From Octopus sinensis (Eukaryota): 64,000 nucleotides of DNA. The notes beneath the pieces were generated by a model. The model saw only the letters and a program-made list of their open reading frames with translations, searched no databases and was not told where the DNA came from. A program made the position numbers and the translations under genes. Of the stretch, positions 1-12,878 are shown piece after piece (position 1 is the stretch's first letter; each line of letters begins with the position of its first letter). The stretch covers positions 100,998,001 through 101,062,000 of the forward strand of contig NC_042998.1 of assembly GCF_006345805.1 (NCBI RefSeq), in the 5' to 3' direction.

Positions 1-415
1 TGCTCTTTTATTCGTTTACTTGTTTCAGGCATTAGACTGCGGCCATGCTGGGGCACCGTCTTGAAATTTTAGCTGAATGAATCGACCCCCAGTATTTATA
101 ATTTTGAGCCTGGTACTTATCCTGTCGGTCACTTTTGACGAACCGCTAAGTTACGCGGACGCAAACACACTAACACCGGTTGTCAAGCGGTGGCAGGGGC
201 GCAAACACAGACACAAAGACACACACACGTAGATATACATATATATATATGTACACGACGGGTTTCTTTCAGTTTCCGTCTACCAAATCCACTCACAAGA
301 CTTTGGTCGGTCCGAGGCTATGGTAGAAGACACTTGCCTAAGGTGCCATGCAGTGGGACTGAACTCGGAATCATGTGGTTGGGAAGCAAGCATCTTACCA
401 CACAGTCAGGCCTGT
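1..415 (-). mobile_element. tRNA-derived SINE, family A (A/B-box head, internal microsatellite, tail ...GCATGGCCGCAGTC..TGAAACAAG)
   Basis: Reverse complement aligns by eye to the + copies at 441, 13603 and 62590. Confidence 0.9.
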
Positions 416-440
416 TCGCAAATATAAAATCTTGCTCTAG

Positions 441-840
441 AGGCGCAGGAGTGGCTATGTGGTAAGTAGCTTGCTTACTAACCACATGGTTCCGAGTTCA
501 GTCTCACTGCGTGACACATTGGGCAAGTGTCTTCTACTAAGGCCCCGGGCCGACGAAAGCCTTGTGAGTGGATTTGGTAGACGGAAACTGAAAGAAGCTC
601 GTCGTACACACACACACACACATGTATGTATGTATGTATATATGTATGTATGTATATGTTTGTGTGTCTGTGTTTGCCCCCACCATCATTTGACAACCGT
701 TGTTGGTGTGTTTATGTTTCGATAGAATAAGTACTAGGCTTACAAAGAATAAGTCTTGGGGTCGATTTGTTCCACTAAAGGCGGTGCTTCAGCATGGCCG
801 CAGTGAGATGCCTGAAACAAATAGAATAAAATAAAATAAA
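441..840 (+). mobile_element. tRNA-derived SINE, family A
   Basis: A-box-like TGGCTATGTGG, B-box-like GAGTTCAGTC, internal (CA)/(TGTA) repeat, family tail ending in AATAAAATAAA. Confidence 0.9.
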
Positions 841-1660
841 ATGAAAAGATAAATATTTCATTTTGTCATCTGGAACGTCAGTGGCAGTTAGATCAGTTGA
901 GTGTACAGTTAGCTTTCGTCAACGTTTACTTCTTTTGTGAGGTAAAACATTGGGTCGTAGTTAAGTTTGCAACAGAGATATTCATGAAACAAGTTTGAAA
1001 AACTAAAAAAAAGAAATAAAAAATAACGGAAGTCATAATATATATTAAAAAATTGTTTGTGACGTGTACAGCGAAATCGGGAACGAATATTTGCATGTTT
1101 AGTCTAAACACGTCCAGGCAGGTTCAAACGCAAAATATCTTTGTCGCTGTAGTGTAAAGAGAATAACTTTCTCTTCTTACGACAATACTGTGTTCAACTC
1201 GGCTGATTGTCGCACGGCATTCTGGGACACTAATGTTTCGACATATTGCGTCTTATCAGTCAGAAGTAGCCAGAATTCTGAACCTAAGCGAAGCCGTTGG
1301 TTTTGTTTCTATTTTCCACCTGATCTGGTCAGTGATATTATTTGCCAACCGATAAAAAGTTATTGTTTGCATTGTGTACAGCGAGATCTAGACCGACATT
1401 TGCATATTTATTTTTAATACGTCTTGGTTAGCTCAAATGCAAAATAGGCTAGTCGCTATAATTTATACCATAGGAAAATAACTTCTTTTTAGAAAAGAAA
1501 ATGGCAGTCTCCATAGTATTTTTATACGTTTATTTTTGTCAACAAGAAAAAACCGAAGCGAACTAGTATTTTTTAAAGAAAATATCTATTTTTTCCCCCG
1601 AGAAAACTAGAAACGTACTGTACTTCAGGCTGGTTACAGTAGATGAAACTTCTGGTTGTA

Positions 1661-1768
1661 TGTACATGTATGTATGTATGCATGTATGTATGTATGTATG
1701 TATGTATGTATGTATGTATGTATGTATGTATGTATGTATGTATGTATGTATGTATGTTTGTATGTATG
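1661..1768. repeat. (TGTA)n microsatellite
   Basis: Direct reading. Confidence 0.97.
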
Positions 1769-1859
1769 TCTTAATAGATTCAAAATAAATTTTCTTGAAG
1801 CGCGAGTAAAATTGATCAAAATCACGAAACATTACCCTTACATTCTACTAGATTGAAGA

Positions 1860-2020
1860 TCGAGGCTATTAATGGACCGAAGGTGGAGAATGGGTGGACA
1901 TAATAAGGGTGACGAGGATTTAAGACATACAAAACGGCATTACTGGAGTGAATGTAGCACAAGATCAGCCAGCTCTCAGGAACAGAGCCTACCGTCATGG
2001 CTGCAGCAGGATAGATTAAA
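1860..2020 (+). mobile_element. Possible RTE-type LINE 3' remnant
   Basis: One frame reads EWVDII...VAQDQ, resembling the RTE C-terminal W.D.I...A.DR motif; short and decayed. Confidence 0.35.
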
Positions 2021-3469
2021 AGAGAGGATAGAAAAGCTAACTTTTGTGGGTCGTGGCTAAGTTTTGGCATACCGTCTAGAATGTGTGTATGTGTAACAGC
2101 AGCGTCGCCCCCATATATGGGAGCTCTGCATCATTGTGAGTTACGGCTGTGCATTTTAGAGAATGAGTTGTAGGGACCGGATAAAATATTTTCTCACTGT
2201 TTACAGAAAGCTGTATTTGTTATGTTGAATATGTGCGTTCATTCGGAACGCCGTTCAGTGATGATGCGGCCTAGGGTTTCAGTTAGCATCTCACTCATGT
2301 TCAAGATTGAGAAAGAGTAAGATATTACTTTCATGATATGTGTGTTGAATGTGTCTTTGTTCTGATCAATACACTGTTCTAGGAAAAAGATTTAATGCTC
2401 ATGGCTAGAATGCTTTTGATTTCAGGGCTGAGCTAGTTCTAAACAACGACTATAATAACAGTAATAACAAGTAAATTTATTTTATCTTTTTATCTACCAG
2501 ATTTGCATTAAAAGCGCTGGTTTTGAATTAAATAAAAACTGGATGGAACAAATGAAGTGTAACACCTATGTCTGCAAATATGCATTGACGACTATATGTG
2601 TAAACTGAAGAGAGTGGGTATGTTTAGTCATAAAAAAATAAAAACCAAATGATAGAAATTTGTTTTTTAGACAAGAAAAAAAGGAGAGAAAGGAAACTAA
2701 TGTTGTTACTGCCCACTCTACAGCAAATTCTCAACCGTGTAATTGTAACAAATATCCTTGTTTCTATTGATCGACTGAAGTCAATTCGCTACAGATACAT
2801 TAACTCATATATATCTAGATACATCGTATAGCAATGCAATAGGTTCAAGACGACAAAATAAAGTTTAATTTGATTTAGACTTCAGAGTTAGTGAGCTTGA
2901 AAGAATTTTTTTATCAAACACAATTCCAAGCTTTAAACTGGCGCAAAGTAATAAAAACAAAAACAAAAATATAAAAATAAAAAACAAAACCCATTACTTA
3001 AAGGAAGTACGATATAGACGATCAAACGAACTTGTGGCGAGTTGGCACTTAAATAGAATACAAAAAAAAATAGCATTTTATGAAAGACTCAAAAGCAGCT
3101 ATATTCATCTGTTTTGTTGAAAACTGGTAAAATCGAGGAAATTACAAAGAAATCTTCAAATATAAAAAAAAAGACGCACACCCCATATATTCAAATATAT
3201 AACAAATTTAAAAGTATAATTCAATAAATCTAGATCATATTTTTTTTACAAGTTATAGACGTAAAACCAGACATATTATAAACAAATTTGGAAGAATACA
3301 AATTATGAGATTGCGCTAGCGAACAATAAAACTCTGTATAAAGTAATAAAGAAAAATCTTATCTTTGCGGTGACTTCAATTGGATTAATGTCTTATATTA
3401 ATTTATAGGAAAATGACTATATAGATACAGTGGGATTAGTTCGGGTTGTGAAAAAATATGTTTTACTAG

Positions 3470-3617
3470 GTTCCAATTTATTTTCTTTATATTATAGGTA
3501 CAATTTTAGGGGTGGGGGTCGGTCGATTACGTCATCCTCGGTGCTCAACTGGTACTTTATCAACCCCAAAAGAATAAAAGGCAAAGTCGACCTCGTGGCA
3601 CTGGAACTGAGAAAGTA
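3470..3617 (-). mobile_element. SINE family B fragment
   Basis: Contains AAAGGCAAAGTCGACCTCG and TCGATTACGTC..CTCGGTGCTCAACTGGTAC, the reverse complement of the family B core. Confidence 0.8.
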
Positions 3618-4104
3618 AAAAAAAAACCGAAACTTAGGTGCAAAATTTTAAGCAGTATGTTTTTTTAGCTTTAAAGACGAATAGAGCAAAGTCTAACATC
3701 ATCTTATACACTGGGACAATAATTTGTTAACATGAAACCTCGATTCTAAGAAAGTGGGGAATGATGAAAATGGTTATTGTCTTTGAGGAGAATAGATAAA
3801 CTGACTAGTACTACATTTACACCAAACACATTATCGCACCCATTTCTTCTTCGTTTGTCATATTTTCACGCGTCGGTGATCATTGATCTCTATGCCAAAG
3901 TTTGAAGATCCATAATTTTTCCTGGGAAATATATATCGGTGGCTCCCCATTGCCTTCTCCCGGTTTATCTACAATTTATTAGTCCCCGTTCAGCCGAACT
4001 AAAAATGTATAAATCTTTATTGTAGATGGGGGATTATACATGGCCCATACCGATTTTTAAATCGTTAGATTAGTAACGATCCTTTATATCACATTTTTTT
4101 TACT

Positions 4105-4690
4105 CGCTTCAATGGACTGCGCCCATCATGGGGCTCCACTTTGAAGAGTTGAGTCGAACAAATCGATCCCAGTACTTTTATTTAAAAACCTGATACTTAT
4201 TCTATCAGTTCTATTTGCCGAACCGCTAAGTTACGGGAACATAAACCAACAGCAGTTGTTAAGCATTGATGGTGATAGACACAAATACACATACAGTGGG
4301 CTTCTTTCACTTTCTTATTTCTTATTTCTTTATTGCCCACAAGGGGCTAAATATAGAGAGGACAAACAAGGACAGACAAAGGGATTAAGACTTCAGTGAG
4401 CAAATGGTACTTAATTTGTCGACCCCGAAAGGATGAAAGGCAAAGTCGACCTCGGCGGAATTTGAACTCAGAACATAAAGATAGACGAAATACTGCTAAG
4501 CATTTCGTCCGGCGTGCTAACGTTTCTGCCAAGCTCGCCGCCTTTCAGTTTCTGTCTACCAAGTTCACTCACAAGGCTTTGATTGGCCCGGAGCTATAGT
4601 AGAATACACTTGCCCCAGGTGTTGCTACACAGTGGAACTGATGCCGGAACCCTGTGGTCGGGAAACAAAATTCTTACCGCTCAGTCATGC
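4105..4690 (-). mobile_element. SINE family A interrupted by a family B insertion
   Basis: Family A sequence at 4105-4314 resumes at 4543-4690. Confidence 0.85.
4315..4542 (-). mobile_element. SINE family B (head AAGGCGGCGAGCTGGCAG, core GTCGACTTTGCCTTTCATCCTTTCGGGGTCGA), nested
   Basis: Near full length; flanked by TTTCACTTTC (4305-4314) and TTTCAGTTTC (4543-4552), a TSD-like repeat. Confidence 0.9.
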
Positions 4691-5007
4691 TTTTACGATA
4701 AAAAGAAAAATAAACAACGTTTCCATAACCTTGAATGATCATTGTTTCATTTTTTTTTGTATACGCTTTAACAGGATGACACAACAATTTCAACCTGGCG
4801 CGTCTTTAAAGGAGATTGCCCGCTTCTGTGTTACTCTCCATACTTACTCAAGAAAAAATATACACTAAGTTGACAAAGTTAATACACTAGTGAAGAAGTC
4901 ATCCATCAAAAAAATTGAGGCTAAAGAAACAGACATAAAATGTTCAGATTTATTGTGAAATGCTCCTGCAATAAAAATGGACGTGTATATTTATTATAGA
5001 CCCGCAT

Positions 5008-5010
<3 letters not shown>

Positions 5011-5086
<76 letters not shown>
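5011..5086. repeat. (TA)n microsatellite
   Basis: Direct reading. Confidence 0.97.
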
Positions 5087-5087
<1 letters not shown>

Positions 5088-6070
5088 TTTGGGTATGGTA
5101 GATGAATTCAGCAAAAATTTAGATTCAGATGAATATGGTACCTAAGTTGAGGCATCAGAATTTAGTACAGTATTATCCATACAATTTCAAAGTAAGGTGA
5201 TTAAAATCAAAATAAGCAACAAAGATATCCAGAGGCAATGCAGTATGATAGTTTCATGCTACTCCATTTAATTGAAAAATGCAATCATTACATCAATTTA
5301 AAATGCAGAACAATCCTCAGCTGCACAAAGACATAGAATTTAATTAAATTAGAACAGATGGACACATTAGTATAATTATGCCTAAAATCTCCAAGAAGTT
5401 AAGGAGATAGACAAAGAACAAGCTGTCTCCACTCCAGTATAGAAGTTACTAAGTTATCAAGAAGATATATATTGTTACAGACTCTGCTTGTCACTGATTG
5501 TTTTGTTTATATGGGGTCAGATTTAATTCATAGACTAGTTTATCAAATCTTTGTATATCTAAGGCTGAGAGAACAGAGGGCAGTATCTGTTAGGGGTAGG
5601 GCTGAGAGAGCAGACAGAAATCATAGGTATTACGTATGAATATGGCACTAAAGTAGTAAACTTTTTGGATACTATTTTAAACATTAAATTATACTACCCC
5701 TATAGGAAAGAAGGTGAGGTTACAAGATATGTGAATAAATTATCAAATCACCCCCTAATGTATTAAAATCGGTAGTTAAAAGTATTTCTTGTAGAATTAT
5801 TAAATTATTATCAAACATTGATATTTTTAATTCCTATTCATACCACTATAATGTTGCTTTGCCTAAAGCGGGATATGACCAGGAAATTAATTTTCTCAGT
5901 CCTGAACGTTCAGCACCTTTTAATAGAGGAAAAAATGATAGTTTGAATAATAGAAAGTCTACTAACTTACTTAGTTATGAAAAAACCCTAATGATAACTA
6001 ATCCTACAAACCTCAGCTTATATAAGGTAATACTGGTATCTCGACAACTTAAAATAGTTCATTTTAATTA
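5087..6070 (+). mobile_element. Penelope-like element reverse transcriptase remnant
   Basis: 5626-5877 translates (one frameshift) GITYEYGTKVVNFLDTILNIKLYYPYRKEGEVTRYVNKLSNHP/NVLKSVVKSISCRIIKLLSNIDIFNSYSYHYNVALPKAGY, matching the PLE VNFLD..Y.PYRK..YV...SNHP..AL..GY thumb pattern. Confidence 0.75.
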
Positions 6071-6084
6071 AATCAGTATACAAT

Positions 6085-7549
6085 TAACATGTTCTTTAAC
6101 CTCAGTTGCTCCCTTATCAAATACCAGTTAAATCCAATTGATCAATCTCCATAGAAACCATAAAATAAGTTAATATCTAGATAAGTAATGAGTAAATAAA
6201 TATTAAACTATTTCTTTGCAATTTCCTCTATTGTGGCAAAAATTTGGTATATACTCAAAATATTCAAAGAAGTTTTATCCTATTGTTAAAATTCCATTCT
6301 TAATAATCTTCTTGATTACCCTAAATTTTAACTTTATACAATAAGACAATATTGTTTGAAATGATCTTTAGAAATTACTTGATTTATCTCTTTCTTAAAT
6401 GGCACTACCCTCCTGATCTTAGTATTTATAAGGGCCTTTATATAAATAACTCTTCTAAACAAGTGCCACTAAGAAACTATAAATATGTTGGGAGTAACAA
6501 TAACAACTTCTTAAACCTATAATATAACCCTTATTTAAAAAAAAAGATTAGTGTAAAATATGAATGTTCCATAACTTAAATATTCCTTTAGCTGATACCA
6601 GACATCAGTCTTTTATTGATATTAGCTAAATAAGTAAATATATAATTTTTAGTCTAATATATTTTGAATTATTATACTTTTTCTATAAATCTTCTCTATT
6701 GGTGTTAATAAGCTACATATACTTTACCATAGTATTCGTAATTAAGCTATTTTATTCCTTTTCTATAGTGTTCTGCCCTAATTTTTGTATCTCTATAAAT
6801 TCATACTTAGGTTATATAAAACTATACTGATATATTCATTACTTATAAAAAAAAACTGCTTAGATTATAATTTTATTAATATATAATTAACATGTTCTTT
6901 TACCCAATACTCCTTTATTAATATCAATTTATACCAATTAATCAATATTCACAGATACCATCTGATGAGTTTGCATTTAAGTGTACAATATGTATAAATA
7001 TTAAACTATTTCTGGATAATTTCTTTTCCTCCCTCTATTGTGGTAAAAGTTTGGTACATACTCAAAAGTATTCATGAATTTCTATCCTTTTGTTATAATA
7101 TTCTTCTTAATCCCCTGAATAACCCTAAACTTTAACTGTATACAATATAGCAACATTGTTTAAAATATTTAACTATAGTACTACATGATAAGAATTCCCC
7201 TGTTTCATTATCAATGGTCTACTAGTGAACGACCCCCTTAATTGTCAGCTAACATCTTGTTTTAAGTTTTCCTTTACCAAACCTCATGATATTGTTTCTA
7301 ATAAATCTTGATTTTTATGACTATACCAACTATGATTTCTATGTCTATCTCCTTAACTTCTTGGAGATTTTAGATATAATTATACTAATGTGTCCATCTT
7401 TTCTAATTTAATTAAATTCTATGTCTTCATGCAGCTGAGGATTGCTCTGCATTTTAAATTCATGTAATGATTGCATTGTTCAATTAAATGGAGTTGCATG
7501 AAACGATCGTACTGCATTAGGTCTGGATATCCTTGTTGCTTATTTTGAT
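6085..7549 (-). mobile_element. Second, more decayed PLE-like segment in inverted orientation, with an internal direct repeat
   Basis: 7342-7549 is the reverse complement of 5206-5413; 6087-6380 aligns loosely to 6885-7175. Confidence 0.5.
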
Positions 7550-8009
7550 GCATATATATATATATATATGTATGTATTTATATACGCACACACACACATT
7601 GCTCCATCTTCCTGGATTAGACAAATGCCGTTTCTTTGTGCTTCGTTGTTATCGACATTTCTGACTTTCCGACCATGACTTCACAGATGTCTATTCAGCC
7701 GGGTTGCAGATCTGCTTGGTTTGAAGTATAGGTGATAGGCGAAATTTGTAACTTACTGTACACTTTCAACCGGTTAGGTCTGGTTCACACTTTAAATTGC
7801 ATCCGGTGGTGGGGCTCTTGTTCAAGTGTTCTACAGTTTTTGTTCCCAGATGCATTCTGACCCAAAGTAGTAGCACCTGCGATTGTACGTATGATTCTAT
7901 GATTCTCTTGTAGCTTTGATTTTCTTAATGGACATTGGTGAAAAGAAATTCATATACTCTAGTCCTTCACATGCTACACTTTCTATTTCCAGCATGTTCA
8001 TTTTAAAAA

Positions 8010-8350
8010 TTCTTTTACTTGTTTCAGTCATTTGACTGTGGTCATGCTGAGGCACTGCCTTTAGTCGAACAATTGACCCCAGGATTTATTCTTTGTAAGT
8101 CTAGTACTTATTCTATCGGTCTCTTTTGCCGAAACACTAAGTTGCGGGGACGTAAACACACCGACATCTGTTGTCAAGCGATGGTGGGGAGACAAACACA
8201 GACACACAAATACACACACGACGGACTTCTTTCAGTTTCTGTCTACAAAATTCACTCACAAGGCTTTGGTTGTAGTAGAAAACACTTGCCCAAGATGCCA
8301 CGCAGTGGGACTGAACACAGAACCATGTGGTTGGCAAGCAAGTTTCTTAT
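8010..8350 (-). mobile_element. SINE family A
   Basis: Aligns to other family A copies; small internal deletion. Confidence 0.9.
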
Positions 8351-9550
8351 CCTGCGCCTATGGTAGAGGTTTTTTAGAATGTTCTATTTAAATTCAGATG
8401 ATATGTCACATTCTTTCGATTACCAAATATACAGAGACAAAGAAGTACTTCCACTTTTGGGATGCCGAAAGAACTATGTTTGAAACTAAAATATGGTTTT
8501 TAAGAATATATGTGGGTGTATATACAAATATATATCACGACCTTTATATATTAAAGGCCTATTTAAGAAATAGATTTCGATATCATGTGTATATTGTTAA
8601 GTTTGGCTGGGTGTATTAACGTTGCCTACATCGTGTACAGTTTTCCTTATATAAATATGGAAAGTTTAACATAATGATTTCTATTTACGCAAGTAGATAT
8701 TTACTAAATTGCGTGTGAGTGAATATATTCTTATATTCTTATATATGTTTATAAAGCTTACTCGGGTTTTACATTTATAACTTGTAAAAAATTCATATGT
8801 TGACTTATTGAGTTGTCTTGTTAAATTGGTTTTAGATGTGTGAATGTAGGAATGCGTATGTTTTTTTTTTATTTATGCTTATAAATTTCGTTGTAATTTC
8901 CTCAACTTTACCAGTTTTCACGTGAGATGTTAATATAACTGCTTTCAACTTAATTATAGCATTCTGCAATTTTTTCGATTTCAATTTACATGTCAGCTTG
9001 CTACTAGATCTTTGTTCATCTGTATCATACATTAAATAATGGATGATTTTTTCCCATTTTGCACCAACTTAAGTTTAGCATTTTGTTTTAATTTATACCT
9101 TAATATATTTTTTCAAGTTAGGTAACCTATCTTCTAGAACCCATTGCATAACTACGTGACGCATTTAGATAGATTCTATCTGAATACGTGTAAATTCAAA
9201 ACATTATTATTAGAGCCGACTAAGAAATTTTTTAAATGTAGGTGCTTTAATTTCATTGGCGTTCAAAATTCTCCGTTTGAATTAATACTTTCTTAGCTGG
9301 CTTTTCAAAAGTCTAACTTTGACCGTTGGAGTTAGAATCCTGAAACTCTAGGTATTTTAAAAAAAGTAAATTTTGATTCATTTTTAAAGCCAAGTGATAT
9401 TGGGTTTATTTTTTTATTTTCAGGGTTGGTCTGATATTGCCTTTTTCTTTTGATCTACCTATGAAAGTCTCATGATATTAGTATATATTTAATCCAACAT
9501 TGAAAAGATACAATGTATCTAAACAACTTTAGTGCTGAAAGACATCTTCA

Positions 9551-9781
<231 letters not shown>

Positions 9782-10040
9782 ATACAAAATAAGAAAATGG
9801 AGAAATACACCTTAATCAATAATCAACTACCAGATAATACCCAATCACATAATTTATTAACCCACTACATATGAACATCAAGGTCAAACATAATAGTATA
9901 GAACAAAACAATGCACATCAATGAGTAATTATGTTTGACCTTGATGTTCATATGTAGTGGGTTAATAAATTATGTGATTGGGTATTATCTGGTAGTTGAT
10001 TATTGATTAAGGTGTATTTCTCCATTTTCTTATTTTGTAT
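9782..10040. repeat. Perfect inverted repeat, 113-bp arms with 33-bp spacer
   Basis: 9782-9894 is the exact reverse complement of 9928-10040 (checked base by base). Confidence 0.95.
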
Positions 10041-10211
10041 TATTAATTTGTGGTAAAACATTTTATCTTTGCCCATATAATACAATAAATGAATTAATTG
10101 CATCGCAATTCTTAACATTTATGTATTAACTTTGTTGGGTGGTGTACTGGCAGTATATTGGATATTTGTTATCCCATGATGGGTTGCACTCACAACCCCT
10201 ATCTCAATTTG

Positions 10212-10246
<35 letters not shown>

Positions 10247-10257
10247 GTATATATATA

Positions 10258-11497
10258 CAGGGTGGGGAAGTAAAAGTTGGAATTTTTTGTAAACCTTATT
10301 TTTTTAATGTAGCAGTGGTGTATTATAACAATTTAAAAAAATTTTATCGTCAGCATTAGGCCTCATAATAACGTTTTCATTTGCTTTTTCAGGTATAATC
10401 CCAACTATGTAACCTCAAGAAGCAAAGAGATAACGCATTGCTGATTTGCTCCATGCAGGAATTAATATCAAGCGAATTTCTGAGTTGGTTTATGTATCAT
10501 TAAGCAGTTTATAATGTCAAGAATCATTTGGATAACATCAGAGGCATTCAGAGGAAGAAAGGCACTGGAAGAGCCAATAGAAAGCGAGATCTAGCGTTCT
10601 TGAAGGCCCTCAAATCTAAATTGTCGAAGGACACAAACCACATCCTCGAGGAAGCTGGTAATTGACATAAAAAATGCTGTTTACTGTGATTTAGACCTGC
10701 AATCATTTGCACCAATTCCAAGACACCCACTGACTGATTCAATGAAAATCAGGAGGCTTGAAAAGGCAAAAAAGAAGTGCTGTCCTTCCTCAAAAGATAT
10801 GGATCCATTGTGAAAATATTTTCTGACGAGAAACACTTCACTGTGAATGTTATTGTGAACAGACGATATGATCGGTATATTACTGAATCAGAATCTCAAG
10901 TCAAGGGCACCTTTAGAGCAAAATATCCTGCTCAGGTGATGGACTTGAGAGTTGTGGTTTCAAATGGCAAAAATATGTCCTACATTTTCCAAATCTCGTG
11001 AGAGAATCGGTGCTGATGTCTATTACAGTGTTAAGATACCATGTCTTGCCTTGGCATAAGGTCAATTACCCTGAAGGTAATTAAGTGTGTACTCAGAATG
11101 GAGCACCTGTTCACAGAGCGAAGAAAGTGCAAAAATTTTGCAAGGACAATGTTGCCAATTTTTGGCTTTCTGATTTCTGGTCCTTCCCTAGCTCAGATTT
11201 GAATCCGCTGGACTATTCTATTTGGGGCACTTTAGAGCAGCCTACCAACAGAACCTCCCATCCTAGCATTGAACATCTCAAGCAGGTTTTGAAGGAAGAA
11301 TAGGCCAAATTGTCCGAACATTTTATTATAAAGACGTGTCGTATCCAACTGGTGATAGAAAATAATGGTGGATACATTGAACAGAATCTCTATAATAACT
11401 TGTGCATAAATAATTTTGCTATACGATGACTCTTCCATGTACAATAAAACATTTTCAAATTTCGTTTGGCTTTACTACGTCTGACTTCTTCACCCTG
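10258..11497 (+). mobile_element. IS630-Tc1-mariner DNA transposon, DD37D (maT-type), decayed
   Basis: TA|CAGGGTG...CACCCTG|TA ends; IFSDEKHF, TQ(N)GAPVH and DLNPLDY motifs with 37 residues between the second and third catalytic positions; frameshifts and stops. Confidence 0.9.
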
Positions 11498-11500
<3 letters not shown>

Positions 11501-11588
<88 letters not shown>

Positions 11589-11601
11589 TTATATATATAT
11601 A
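11501..11601. repeat. (CA)n/(TA)n microsatellite
   Basis: Direct reading. Confidence 0.95.
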
Positions 11602-11603
11602 TA

Positions 11604-12878
11604 TGAGGTGGTATCAAAAAGTTCTCGGACTAGATATGCAGCGCGCCAGAAGATGGCAGCACATGGTTACGTGCGCGTTGAGAGTGAGCAGTGATCTTCA
11701 TGAGGCAGTGTGCCAAGTGACATCACTGTGTTTACTTTGCAAGTTGTGAAATTTGTGTCTTTGTGATAACGTGTATGCTGTAGTCTGCGATTTTGTCATG
11801 GGCAGGAACTGAGAGCCAACGTAAAAGTTTTGTGTTAAACTGGGGAAGTCTTCAACAGAAACATTGACGAGGCAATCGGTTGTACGCAATGTTTTGAGTG
11901 GCACGGGTGCTTCAAAAGCAGAAGAACGCCTCTGGAAGACGATGGGCGATCTGGAAGAACTGCCACGAGCGTCACCCCCGGAAATGGGGAGGAAATTCAT
12001 CAGCTGATGCATCATGGAAATTGTCGGAGGAAATCAACGACATTGCTGATGTTGGTCTGTCGTACTGATCCGTGTTGGTCTGTCGTACTGATCTGAATTG
12101 AACATGGGGCATGTCTTTGCCAATCTTGTCGCCCGCCTGCTGACCACTGCGTAGAAAGAACATCACGTGGAAGTCTGTCAAGATCTTCGTCAGCGTGCTG
12201 GTGGTGACCCATCGTTCATGTCAAGGATTATCATCGGTGACGAGAGTTGGGTCTACAAGTACGACCCTGAGACGTAGCAGCAGTCGTCACAATGGAAGAG
12301 CCTGCTCTCTCCACAACGGAAGAAGGCACGACAGAGCTGCAGCTCAGCCAAGAGTATGCTCACCGTCTTTTTCGACATGCGCGGCATTGTGCATCGAGAA
12401 TTCGTCCCAGACTGTTAATCGAGAGTTCTACTGCAACGTGTTTGAGGGAGGACTTTTGGCGAAAGCGACCGGATATGTGGTGCACAAAGAATTGGATTCT
12501 TCACGACGACAATCCATTTTGTCACAGCGCTCTCCTCACTCGTGAGTTTCTCGTCAAAACAGCACGGTATCACTTCCACACCTGTCCTATTCGCCAGATT
12601 TAGCACTTGCGGACTTCCACCTCTTCCTCGAGATGAAAATGCAGTTCAAAGGTCGCCGCTTTGGCACCGTTATCGAGATCCAGATCGAATCGCCGAAGAT
12701 CCTCGATTCGTTTACGAAAAATGACTTCCAGGCTAGATTTCAAAAGTAGTAGGAACCCTGGAACTGGTGTATTGCTGCGCAAGGTGACTACCTCCAAGGA
12801 GATGGTAAAAAAATTAAGTAAAATAAGTGATTTTTTTATTAAACATAACTAGTCCGGGAACTTTTTGATACCACTTCG
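11604..12878 (+). mobile_element. mariner (DD34D-type) DNA transposon, full length but decayed
   Basis: ~30-bp TIRs (TGAGGTGGTATCAAAAAGTTCTCGGACTAG / CTAGTCCGGGAACTTTTTGATACCACTTCG), TA TSDs; GDESWVYKYDPET, WILHDDN and YSPDLA-like motifs in broken frames. Confidence 0.93.

Noticed and set aside
1141-1186. Hairpin as a pre-miRNA
   Set aside because: Too short and too bulged to support
2600-3430. Old LINE-like A-rich tract with partial similarity to ~8700-8810
   Set aside because: Too decayed to assign boundaries or a family
5206-7549. TIR DNA transposon or parvovirus-like insert
   Set aside because: The arms are offset from the element edge, no transposase or NS1 motif was seen, and a PLE RT motif lies inside
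10820-10840. CTGACGAGAAAC
   Set aside because: It encodes the FSDEK transposase motif and has no helix II
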